DNA from: Amoebophrya sp. A120
Lineage: Eukaryota > Protista > Dinoflagellata
Length of the DNA: 64,000 nucleotides
Direction of reading: 5' to 3'
Assembly (NCBI GenBank): GCA_905178155.1
Contig: CAJINV010000001.1
Span: forward strand, 10,135,432-10,199,431
Shown: positions 15,001-26,392 of the stretch, piece after piece
How positions within the stretch are numbered: position 1 is the stretch's first letter
Layout: each line of letters opens with the position of its first letter
The notes under the pieces: model-generated
Databases searched by the model: none
Seen by the model: the letters and a program-made list of their open reading frames with translations, nothing else
Told to the model about the DNA's origin: nothing
Program-made: the position numbers and the translations under genes

Positions 15001-18000
15001 GCCGTGCGCACACTGGACGGCCGAGGAATGTCCGAACGGGGCACGATCGAAGACGTCGTAGACCCACTGCACGTCAGTTTTAGCTCCGATGCGCCGCTGT
15101 CTGGCGGACTGGGTCTACCCTCGCGTCTGGACGTCGCCGCATTTCCGTTTCACGCCTCGAATCTCGAGACTGTCGGATCTGCCGCGGGCCTTACCGACGC
15201 GCACCAGGCTCTGCTCGAGCGCGATCGGCGCACGCGCCGCCAGCTGCAGGAGCAAGCCGACCTGGAGCGCGCGTTGCAGAAATCTTCCTTGCGCGCTATG
15301 GAAAGGGTGTTCGCTGACGTCTTGCAAAGTGCGTCGCTCTACGAGGTGCGCGGGCAGCAGCGCATCATCGACATGGCCTTTTCCGCACTGAAGGACCTGG
15401 CCGCAGCGTCGGTGCGCGTGGAAGAGCCGCGCTTGCCCGGCCTGCCTCTTGAAACCGAGCAAGCGTTTGCGTTTGCCATGGAGCGAAGCGGTCGAGACGC
15501 CCTCGCCGCACTGAAAGTGATCCAGCCGGCGCCCGAAGACAAACAACCGGGATCCGCACGGCCGCCAGTTGTTCTTCCAGGCGATAGCTCCGCTGCATCT
15601 TCTGGTGTTCCAGTGGAAGGCACAACACCTTATCCGAGCGGCGCAGCTGGGAGTCACATGCTGCCAGCACCAGCTGTGCCCGAGGACCAAAGAGCTCCGG
15701 CGGGAGAGGACCATCGGCCATTGATTGCAAAACCAAAATCGACGTATGCGAGCGCATCTGGAACAACGGATCCAACAGGTCTTGCCAGCGTGCCGGAGGC
15801 CACGGAGCTTTCATCCACAGCGCCCGGGGAGCAGGACACGCTACTATCCGACACAGACGCCGAGCAGACCGTGGAGATTGTTTTCGACTACCTTAGCCTC
15901 GCGGATGAAGCGTCGGCAGATTGGTTCGCCTCGCAACCACTGGAGTGGCAGCGCCGACTGTCGGCCAGCAGCTTCGATGCGAACGTGATAGAGCCGGCCG
16001 CGGCAGAGTATTTGCACATGGAACGGCACGGGGAGGACGGTGGCGCAGTGCATGCGCCGTACCGTACGGACTCTGATTTCGAAAATGCTGCGACGACAGT
16101 GCAGCTCGAGCCTGTGGCGCCGGAGAATGTGATCAAGAACCTGATGATCGCAATCTCGCCCAAAAGTTCGGTGCTCAGCAAGAATGCGCCGGAATTGAAG
16201 TTGGAGGCAAAGCAAGTGCAGTTTACCGCGCATCTTCGGGAGAGCGTACGGAAGGAGCTCGAATCGGAAGAAAAGAGGAAAACCGAGTGCGGTCCAGCAG
16301 CAGGGCATGCTCCGGGGGCGGGTAAGCGCACTGCAGGCAAAGAGAGCTCCGGCTCCTCTGCCCAAATCGAGGACCGCACGCTCTGCTGGGTGCTTTCCGT
16401 TCTGCGGGAGGATAACTACCCAAACCCGCTCTTCTGGCGGAAAAACAGCGCGGGTGCAACACCGGTAGCCACAGAGGCCGAAGCGCACGTTATTGCCGCT
16501 GAGAAGATGGGGCTCCAGCTGCCCTCGCAAACTCGCCGTCGGTTCCGGGTGATGTCGGCTGCGGCTGTTTTGTCCAGTGATTACGGGGACGCCGTGACCC
16601 TGCAGAAAGATTCGTTGGAAGCTTTTCACGGCTACGTCCTGCAGCGTGCGGGCGAAGTGTACTTGTCGCTGGCTAACCCGGTGGCGGACGAGGAAAACCA
16701 GGAACCGGTGAGAAACCCGGTCCTGCAGGAAATCATTCGAAACTACCTCCCGCCAGTCTGGTGGACGCCGGAAGACCAGGCCAACATGCCGAGAGACGCA
16801 GAGATCAATACCCCGGAGCAATTGGACGCCTACCGCCGCCCCGTAGACCAAACCTTGGTGGATTTCGTTGAGACCTACTTTGTTGCGGCGCACAAAGACC
16901 TCCGCCCCGGGCGAGTATCCCCGGCAACCGGGGGTCGGCGTGCGACAATCGTGAAGGCTGTGTCAACTACAACCTCGTCGCAGCAGGAACGTGCAGAGGT
17001 GACGTTGAGCGATTTCGCACTGGATTTTCTGAAAACCGAGCTCTTTGCTTTATCGAATGTTGGCGATGGGAAGGAGAGTGCAACCGGGCGGTATGCCCAA
17101 GACGTTGGCCCCACTGTTGAATTGCTGGTGGACCGGTTCCTCGAAGCCGGCTTTAGCCTGGCAGACGTCAATCACGTTCTGCGAGAAGTGGTGCAACTGA
17201 TGACTGCAACCAGCGAAGACCAGCACATTGCGGTGCAGCAAACTTCTGAGCTCGTCAATGGAGATATCGTTTTTGGCTCAGCGTACAGCCCGACCGCGTT
17301 CACGTACTCGGCTTCTACAAAAAAGCATTTTGCGGCGCCAGCCTTGGCGGAAATCATGTCCTTGTTGAAATTGCGCATCGAGCTGGTCGTTGGGAAGGGC
17401 GTGTTTGTCGGTCAAAAAGATCTCGATAGGCAGTATGAGGACCGACGCTCTGTTGCAGCACTTCAGACACGACAGCCCCTGTTTGCGAAGCGCGACTGGT
17501 ACGGTGTCCTACGCCACATCGAAGTTGCGGGGAATTTGCTAGTCGTGCCAGAACAGCCCGAAGAAAACTCGTCCGCTGAGGTCATGTTTCTGAAGCCTTG
17601 GATTGCGGCGTATTATTCTATCGGCGAAGCGCGGACGCCTCCTGGCGTGGCGTTCGTGTGGACGCAACTGGCACAAAAGCTTACGCTATCGCAGCTTCCG
17701 CTCAGCCACATTCGGTCGCTTTTGGATCGATTGCAACACACGGGGGACCGACTAGCCGCAATCAAAACCAGCTACCACTTGCAACTTCCAAGCATCCGCG
17801 AGATGCAGCAGAAGTTCCTGCAAAAACACATCAACACAGCCTCGTCCGCACACTTGAACGCGTTTTCCGGGGGCGATGGTTTCTCAGGCGCCTATTCCCA
17901 CATGACCGGCTCCAACCTTTTCCGGGCGGGGGAAAAAATGGCCCTCGACGCGCAGCGGGATCGGACCATTTTTCGCGAGCAGCTCGCTCCGGCCTACGCT

Positions 18001-21000
18001 CAGGTACAGCGGCACTTGCCGTATCTGGCCGGGACAGTTGGTAGGGGCAACGGGTTGGAAGACTTGATTCAGCTCGTCCACTTTCTCCTGCAGCACGAAG
18101 ACCAACTGTACAACTCCGCGGACATGGAACTTGTCGTCCTGCGGGAGCAGATCGTGCTTGGTGACTTGCTTGCCCCAGTCGGCATCACTGCGGCCTCGGA
18201 CGATAGCGGTGATTTCTCTGGCAGCACGACGCAACAGGAGGACTACACGTCCGACGATGACGAGGCAAAAAGCGCCAAGGGGAAAACCGTTCGTAATTTC
18301 GCTGGGGAGGACGTGTTGCAAAGTCTTCCGACACTGGAAGCGTGTTTGCGGAAATTGCAGACCTTAGTTTTGGCGCGAGAGACTTTGCAGCTGAAAGACA
18401 AAGCCGTGCTGCTCCGCATGAACCGGCACATGGCCGACCTGCTGCGCCGCGCCCGCAAACCCGGAAAGAAAGAGAATGTCGCTTCCGCCACCGTCGCGCA
18501 CCAGTCGTCTGCACAGACGAGCAAACCTCCCGACCGTGCTACCGAGCTCCAGCAGGGACTGACAACCGCGAAAGACCTGGTGCAGGGCGGACACCAGCGC
18601 TTAGACATTGCGATCAGTCGTTTCGACCCTCTCTCGATGCGCATGCTGCTGCAGCCGCAATTTCAAACGGTCATCGAGTCCGGCTCCTCCGCAAGCGGAC
18701 CCAGCAACCAGGTCCAGGGTGCGTTCGCGCAGGTGCAGCATGCGCTGGGAGATTTGCTGGACCAGCATGGCCAGCAATTCAGTGCGGTCCGCCAGGTGGC
18801 GCGCCGGCAGCTCGGCGCGGAGCTTCGGCGGCAAACCGCACAGTGGTACAACCGACTGAAGCACGCAGCCGCGACCGAAGTCCCCAACGTGTACCAGCAG
18901 GCGCAGGAGGGCGAGACGAGGAAATCAACGAACAGGTTTTCTCTTGACGAGGGGGACGTGGCGGTCGCTGCAAGTGGCTCCTCGAGCTCGTCGCCCGACA
19001 GTAGCGTCGAGGGCTCGGGGCTTGCCTCCCCGCCGCAAGGCCCCGCGCAGTCCTCGCCCGCGGGCAGCAGCGACATGGAAGTAGACGGTCAGGGCGGGGG
19101 GCTGCAACAGGGGAAGCAACCGCGGCCCAAATCTTTCACGTTTGGCCGTGCCTCAACATCCGACGGCGCAGTTTCTGGGGAGAAAGATCCCGCTGCCTTC
19201 GATGAGGGTGGGGGCGGTAGCGCTGCCGCGCCGCCGGCCCGACAGCGCGAAGTCGTGTTTGCCACGCTTGAGCCGATCGTGCAAAGTGTGTACTTGGAGA
19301 TTTTGGCAATGCTGAACCAGTTCGGAGTGCCGCCAAAGGACTTCTGGCGCAGCCTGCATGGGAAGTGCAACGCCTGTGGGTCGTCGAGCGCCGAGGCCGA
19401 GCAAGACGAACACCAGGGCGCGGCAGCGGGTGCGTCCTCGCATGAGCTCCAGCCAGTCTCAGCGGGGTTACCAATGCCAGTCGTGGAAGAAAGTCCTGAG
19501 AACTCCGAGGAGGAGAAGCGGCAGGAGGAGCAGGACATGCGGAAAATTGCAAGTCTGCGTCAGATTCTACAGAAGGTGGCGGCCGACGTACACGAGAATC
19601 GCGATTCGGACATTGACCGGGTCATCCGCGACCGTCTCCTATCCGAGATCACCGATTTTTTTGCCCGCAAGCTGGCGACCTACTGGCTGACCTTGCGCAG
19701 CTTTGAGCCGCACGTGAGCATCACGACCGATCCAAAGGCGTGGTTCCAGTCTTTGTTGAAGGTGTACCCACGCAGAAGCCGGGCGGAGATCCGTCGCGAG
19801 GAGGCAGAGCACTTTTTTCTGTTGCAGAACAAAGAGGAGGGCGTTGCGCGCCAGGCGGGAACCGAGCTCTTGCGGTGCACGTTCGAACAGATTCAGCACA
19901 AGGTGTTCATCTCTCCAAAATCGCCGGATAGCAGTTTGCGGGACATCCTTCAGGACTACCGGGAGCGCAACCCGCCGCAGCAAAAGATCCGTGCCAAGGC
20001 GGGCGCCGTGGAAAAATTGAACGCGCAGATGTTGAACCAGGATGGCAGTCCCATCGGCGAGTTCTGGACCAGTCTGTCCAAACCCGTCCAAGACGTCGAA
20101 CTTTTGGACGGCGTAGCGCACCTGGCGGCTTTCATGGGCTCGGCCTTCGACACAGGCACGGAAAATGCAAAAGCCGCACGTGGACTCTCGCAGCGGTTGC
20201 TGAATCAAATGGAAAGCGGTCGCCATGTCCGCAGTCTGAATCTCCTACTGTTCCCCTCTCCGAGTCCGACCACAAAGAGCCTCGCGGGTGTTGGCCCTAG
20301 TGCTTCTTCTCCCGTACAAGAACATCGAGCGAGTTCGAGGGCCTACCCCACCGACACTGTGGCACCTGGATCTGTTCCACCTGTACCACAGCCGCAGCGT
20401 GGTGCATACGTCCCCGGTCCTGCCGCAGGCTCCGTGGCGGAACAGCCGTCGAAAAGTTATCTTCCTGGATCATCTGCCCCCGCACAGCAGCCATCGAGGC
20501 AATATCTTCCTGGATCTGCGTCCGCGCAGCAGCCGCCCAGGAGCTATCTTCCCGGTTCAGCAGGGCAGAAGGCGCCGAAGAGCAGCTACCTACCTGGTTC
20601 TGTCGTTGCAGCCTCGTCTCAACCCTACCTGCCGGATTCTGCTTCAGTACCTCCGCCACCTTACGGCAGCGCAGGGATTTCTGCTGTGGTGCCATTACCG
20701 AAGCCGGCTGCAGTGGGCGCACCCACCGCTCGCACTACAGTTGTTCGCGATACAGGAGTGCTGGAGGAAGAGGATCCGGAGATGGAAAAAGGTCTTGAAG
20801 ATCTAGAGCGCCCAGCCAACAACGTTCGATTTTACGGGTTCGCGCAGCTGCTGCTCGGCAATGCGGAAGACCATGTACGCAAACAAGCGTGGCAGCAGCT
20901 CTTGGAGCAGCGCCAGCAGCTGCTGGTCGATGCCACGCGTGACAGCATGGGCATCGGGGCCATCGATTGGACGAGTGACACGCTGGTGGACGAGGTCGAA

Positions 21001-24000
21001 CACATGGCGCGGCCGGAACTTCCGTGGCAGAAGGACTCGTACAAGCGCACCCGCATCGAGGGCGAAGTGGAACAGTTTTTCTTCGAGGTCTCGCAAATGC
21101 TGTTTGGCTTCGACGAAGAGTGGGACCGGCGCGCGCACGAAGAGTGGCCCCCGCACGGCGCGAATCTTCTGGCTAGTGTGCAAAACAAGCTGCACGCGGA
21201 CGCGCAGGCCATTCGGGACTACCTGCTGAAAAAGGAAGAGGCTGCATTGATTTGCAGGGACAACTTCACGGGAAATGTCGCAAAGAGGAACGATTGCTAC
21301 CGCAAGATTGTGTCGGAGATGGCGGAGCAAAAGCATCCCCTCGGGGAACGGTGGCGGCGCTTCGTTGCGCAGCAGGTGCGGCAGAAGCCGTTGGGCTTGA
21401 AGCTCATCGGTAACTATCTCTGGAACTACCGCTATATTGCGGCCCGCTTTTTCCTCGGCGAGGGGATTCCAGTGACGGTATCCGATGCGGAAGTGGCCGA
21501 AATTATTCAAGATCAACAGACTGGTCCTGAGTCTGGTATTGCTGCTTCCAGCGCGGCGCAACAGGGCGCATCCCAACAGACGCAGACTAGTGCCGTTGTT
21601 TCGGCCTCGTCTCTCGGGGTTTTCCGTCGGATCGCCACCTGGAACGAGTTCGAAATCCAAAATTGGTCGAGTGACGTGCGCACCCGCATCGCGCCGGTCC
21701 TGCGGCAGATGCTTGCTGAGAATCTGGCAAAACTGGATCTCCTTTTGTCGGAGCATTTTGCGGAGAAACGCACACAGGATGTTGGCGGTGAGAATCCGAA
21801 CGACGCTAACGCCGAAGCTGCGGGAAAGCATTTTATGGATGATGCCATGGAGGGCGAGTACACTTTTGTTCTCACGTCGCTGCAACGCTATGACCCAAAA
21901 ATTGCGGAGGAGAACGAAGTTTGGAAAGCGCTGCTCCCTCCGCACGACTTGAAGTTGTTACAGGAAAGACAGGAGAAGGCAACGCGAGCAAACGATCGGG
22001 ACCAGCGAGAGCCTGACTTCGAAGATATCAGCAAACACCGAAACCACAGGGAGCGCGCGCGCTGGCAGCGTGCGCAGGCCGTCGCCTACCGCGGAATCAG
22101 CACGGCGCTGCGCATGTACGAGAAGCTCACGGTGCAAGCCTTGCAGGTATTCAACATCGGTTTGAAAGAACAGCGTGGCTTCATGCTGCACTATGTTCAA
22201 CTTCTGTCGCTGGTCGAAATCCTTGGCGCCCACTGGGAACTGATGCGACGGGACTTTCTCGGCTTTGCTAGCTATTCCGTTGATCCGCACCTGGAGATCA
22301 AAGACCGGCACACACTACTCGCACTGTACAACGAGCTTACTACTCCTGCGGAACAGGCTACGCGAAGCCACTACGGGAAAAGATCGTCCAAATCACCGGA
22401 ACAGCAAGTAGACCCGTTCGAAGCAACACGCGGCCGCGGGCTGCTGCTGCAGGTGGCAACTGGCGAGGGAAAAACCGAACTGCTTGCCGGTGTGGCCACC
22501 GTGCTCGGCTTGGTGTTTTTGAAGAAGATTGACATCATGACCAGCAGTCAGGTCCTGGCGGTCCGCGATGTGGAAAAGAACCGTAGTCTTTTTGACGCCT
22601 TCGCCTTGCGCACGCGCGACAACACGCACAAAGCCGGGGAGCCGAAGACCGGGGCGCGCAGCTGCTACAAGGAGGGCGAAGTCCTGTTCGGCGATCCCTC
22701 AGATTTCATGTTCGACGCCTTAAAGTCCGAGTGGTACGCCGAGGGCACCACGGGCACCCGCTACGGCGCCAAGTACGCGGCCAACGTCGGGGAGGGCAGC
22801 AAGGACCGCAGTCAATCGGCGCGCGAGTTCTACGAGCAGCACGGTGAGCACTTCCCGAACGCCGCGGAGAAGCTGTACCTGGAAGAAGGCTTCCTCGTGC
22901 TCCCGCGGCTGCGCCGCAAGTTCAAGCTGTACATGGACCACATTTTGAAACAGCAGGTGAATGTCTACACGCACCTCAACGAGGGCCGAGGGCGGGAATT
23001 CAAGCCGCCCGATTCTGCGGAAGTGTATCTGGACAAGCAGGTAAAGTCCGGGGAGTACGTGAATCCGGATGCCGTCCTGTCTGCGCTGGTGCATCTTTCC
23101 CGCGGGCGCGGCGAGACGGGAAAAGGCCGCCGCCGGGAGCTGGACTTGGATCCCTTTCAGAAGGTGGGCCCACCGGGAAGCAAAAAGTTTAACGAAGCGA
23201 GTTTCCAACAGGTCCTCGACGAGCCAGAGAAGATTTTCGAACAGACACAGAAAGACTTCGCCACGGCGCTCGCGCGGAAGCGGGTGGCCGTCGCGATGGG
23301 GCGTTTGGATTTTGGATTTGACAACGTTGCTTTAGCCGACGAAGTGGACATGATGTTGGTGAACGACCTGTCCCGTACCGCCAAAGTCGCGACGCCGTTC
23401 CCGGGTGCGGAGTTTCTAGAGCCGATTTACCACGTGCTGAAACTCGAAATGGACAAGTTTCAGACGCGCGTGCTCCCACTGACCACGACGAACGCCAGCG
23501 GCGCGAGAGTGCGGAAACACATCCTGATGTTCGGCGACGTGCTGCGGCGCTTCCAGGACGAGAAGGACCCTGAGATCGAGGCAATCGAGTTCCAGGCGGT
23601 AGCGAAGCACGGCCAGCCGGTCACCATGCGGGTGCCCGATCTGTTGGCGCAGGTTGCCAAGCCCGGAAATACGGTCGGCGCGGACATGTCACCCGAGCCA
23701 GGAGCGCAGAGCAAGGACAACGCGTTGGAAGAGTACCTGCTCCGCTTTCTGGAGCGCGCGATCGAGTGGCGCTCCGAAGATATCCAGGCCGAGACCGCGG
23801 CGAAAGAGGGGGCGGAGAAACAGGAGCTCGCGCAGCTCCTGGCAAAGTTGCAAGATGTTGGACTCTCCGAGGAAGACCGCATGATGAAGCGATGGTACGA
23901 AGAGCAAGGCTTAGAATGGTCCCCGGGAGTAGATGAGAGCAAGACCGAGGATGACGATGTTGTTGATATGAACGTTGACGAGGATGGAAATACTACTAGA

Positions 24001-26065
24001 AATCCAAGCGGTTCCGGTAGTTCTAAGCCGAAGCTGCGAAAAGTTGCGGTCGAAGACAAAGAGGATTTGTTGTTTCGGAAGACACCCGTCGAGCCTAAAT
24101 TGCTGGACGAGCTTCCCTTCCTAAGCAGCGGTTGGGGACCGGTTCTGGATGCAGAGTTCCGGAAAGAGCAGGAACGCGTTGAGAAAGACCGTTTGCAGGC
24201 GGCGAAAAACCGCGAGAAAGGACTCACATCCGTGCACGGGGCCAGCCTCGTCCGCATTCCGAAGCACTGGGAGCGACATGTTAAAGATACTCTCCCGCGG
24301 CTGGTGAAATCCGCGCTGCTAGCGTATTTCACGTTTCAGGAAAACGTGGACTTCATCATCCAGCACGAGCGCATCAAGCCGGTGTCGGGCGCGACCGGGA
24401 TAACTCAAGAGTCGCTGCACTGGTCGGATGGCATCCATCAAATCCTGGAGGTGATGCACGGGCTGCCGGTCACCCCCGAGTCGCTACCAACAAACTTTCT
24501 GTCCAATTACGCGTTCTTCCGGCGTTATCGCTACGTGTACGGTGTCACGGGCACACTGGGCTCCGCCGCAGTGCGCAACTCCTTGCAGACTTCCTACCAA
24601 CTGCAGAGCCGCATCATGCCCTTCTCGCGTCGGAAGCAGTTCCTCCCCTACGCGCCAGAGTTGATTTCTCCTGAAGTAGTCCGGATGGTCTCGTCGCAGA
24701 GCCGCAACGCCTTGACGGCAGCTTTGCCGGCTCCCGGGGACGACGACGAAGGCTCGCAACAAAAGCACAACGAGGACGAATCGTCGGACGAGCTGGTGAA
24801 GCAGACGCAATTTTCCTCCCAAGAAGCCGAAGCGCTGACCGGACTGCTGACGCAGCGGGACCGGTGGGTCACGCGTGTGGTTAACAATGTGATCACCGAG
24901 CTTCAGCGGGATCGCGGTGTTTTGTGCATCTGTCAGAACATCGAGGCGGCAGAGCTGATCGCGAAGGCGTTGAAGCAGCAGTGGGATCCGGATCGGGTGC
25001 ACGAGTACATGCGGCAGAGTAACGCGGACGTGGGGAGCGGCGAAATGGAGCCCTTCCAGAGGGGCATGGTGATCGTCTCGACGAACCTGGCCGGTCGGGG
25101 CACGGACTACGACACCACGGCGATTGAAAAGTACGGCGGCCTGCACGTGGAGCTCACCTTTCTGGCGGAGTCGCGGGAGGAGGCGCAGGCGCTGGGGCGC
25201 ACCGCGCGACAAGGGAAAAAGGGGACCGGCCGGACCACGGCCATGCTGGGAGGCAGCTTCCAGGAGCAGGACGTGTTTGACGCGAGCGCCGGCACTGACG
25301 CTTTTGTCACTGGTCTGGTGAACAGCCGCCGTGCGCACAACCAGCAACTCGGCGGCGGCGGTGCGAAAAGTACTGCTGAAAGCGACATTCTGTCCAGGGA
25401 CCTCACGACCATTTTCGATGAACTTACTAGCAGCTTGGCTTCGTTGCAAGAAAAATTGCGGAAACTGAATAAATCAGAAGATCAATCAGCGGCCGCTCCG
25501 TTCTCGCTGTACCACGGTGCCCGAGGACTGTTGAGCACGCATGAAGGAACCGCGTTAGTGCCAGCTTCTGCAACTGACCAAAGAACCGCTCCGGATGTTG
25601 TTGGTCTTTCCAGCACCAATGCACTTGCGAATATGGTTGCTGGGTGCGTGCTGACAGCTTACATGGACCACCACCAGAAGAGTGGCTTGCCCAAAAATTC
25701 TCCTGGTGCGCCACAACCTCCAGCGTCTTCTGCTAGTAGAGCAGCTACAACGGCGGTGCTTACAGTGGACCCTTCGGCATTCGGTAAAATCGCAACGATG
25801 AACGAGAACCTATTCCTGTCGCTCGTTTCTCACCAGCGCAAGCAGGAGTTGCACGGGCGAGCGTGCCGGGTGAACCCGAAGAAGTGCCTGGAGCGCCACC
25901 ATGCCCGCGCGGAAGCCAGTGAGAAGCAGCGTTTCGATGATTTCGAGCAGAAGGAGCTGGTGACCATCAAGACGCAGGATCTGCTGTACAGCACGTTTCT
26001 GTTCGAGTATCAGACCTTCCGTTCAAAACTGGCACAAGCCTTCGACCTGAAGTCGAAATCTGGCG
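1..26065 (+). CDS. Giant protein, first exon in window (5'-incomplete); contains OTU-like segment and SecA-like ATPase
   Basis: Frame of ORF 97..26073 is also open from base 1. Its TGA (26071) lies inside the left inverted repeat of an intronic element. Contains SecA motifs QVATGEGKT, DEVD, WSDGIHQ, GVTGT, STNLAGRGTD, GGLHV, GRTARQG. Confidence 0.9.
9460..10170 (+). other. OTU-like (deubiquitinase-fold) segment, probably catalytically inactive, split by insertions
   Basis: KNGLFDAVAHQL resembles the OTU Cys box (DGNCLFRAVAxQL) with Cys replaced by Gly. Downstream LREQV and FDAYLDYVR..AEGDLEALAAAEIYRLPIYLY resemble the OTU YxxxMxxxxxWGxxxExxAxxxxYxxxIxVY block. Recognised by eye. Confidence 0.5.
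20404..20643 (+). repeat. Six degenerate (S/Q/A/P)Y(L/V)P(G/D)(S/P) peptide repeats in a P/S/Q-rich linker
   Basis: AYVPGP, SYLPGS, QYLPGS, SYLPGS, SYLPGS, PYLPDS in the translation; DNA tatcttcctggatc recurs. Confidence 0.8.
22170..25240 (+). other. SecA-like SF2 ATPase domain embedded in the giant protein
   Basis: Ordered SecA motifs: HYVQLL, QVATGEGKT (Walker A, ~22450), IMTSSQVLAVRD, FGDPSDFMFDALK, ADEVDMMLV (~23335), ENVDFII..TG..HWSDGIHQILEVMHGL, FFRRYRYVYGVTGT, GVLCICQNIE, VIVSTNLAGRGTD, GGLHV, QALGRTARQGKKG. Confidence 0.92.
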
Positions 26066-26387
26066 TATTGTGAGGAAAAATCCCCCCTCCCCATACCAAA
26101 CCGGGACACTTCTGAAAATTTGTGATGCAGATTTGAGACCACAAATCGTCGCTGTATTGCATGAAGGCAAGTCTACAGGCTCCGCCACATTCTACAGGCG
26201 GTTTGTCATGCTGTTGCTCCTACAGCGTAGACGTCAGCCATGCTAAGTGCCTAGGCCAAAACTTGTCTACTCAGGCCTGATCTGGGCCTGCAGTCCTCGC
26301 CAACAAGACAAATCTGATCTGTGGCCTCAAATACAGCATCACAAATTTCGTTTTCGATATGGGGAGGGGGGATTTTTCCTTACGATA
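26066..26387. mobile_element. TIR introner / MITE-like non-canonical intron, family A copy 1
   Basis: TIR tattgtgaggaaaaatcccccctccccata / tatggggaggggggatttttccttacgata. Direct repeat tggcg at 26061-26065 and 26388-26392. Removing 327 nt fuses the two giant ORFs in frame (KSKSG|GAQAG). Second copy at 62928-63254. Confidence 0.93.
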
Positions 26388-26392
26388 TGGCG

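Noticed and set aside
22170-25240. Bacterial secA gene or bacterial contig
   Set aside because: The domain is embedded in a giant ORF with spliceosomal-type introns and eukaryote-like neighbours; there is no operon structure.
26071-26361. Two separate giant genes (stop at 26073, new ATG at 26359), or stop-codon readthrough
   Set aside because: Both the stop and the ATG lie within the TIRs of a repeated element, and further in-frame sequence between them is element-derived. Removing it gives a seamless fusion, and the same element interrupts CorA.
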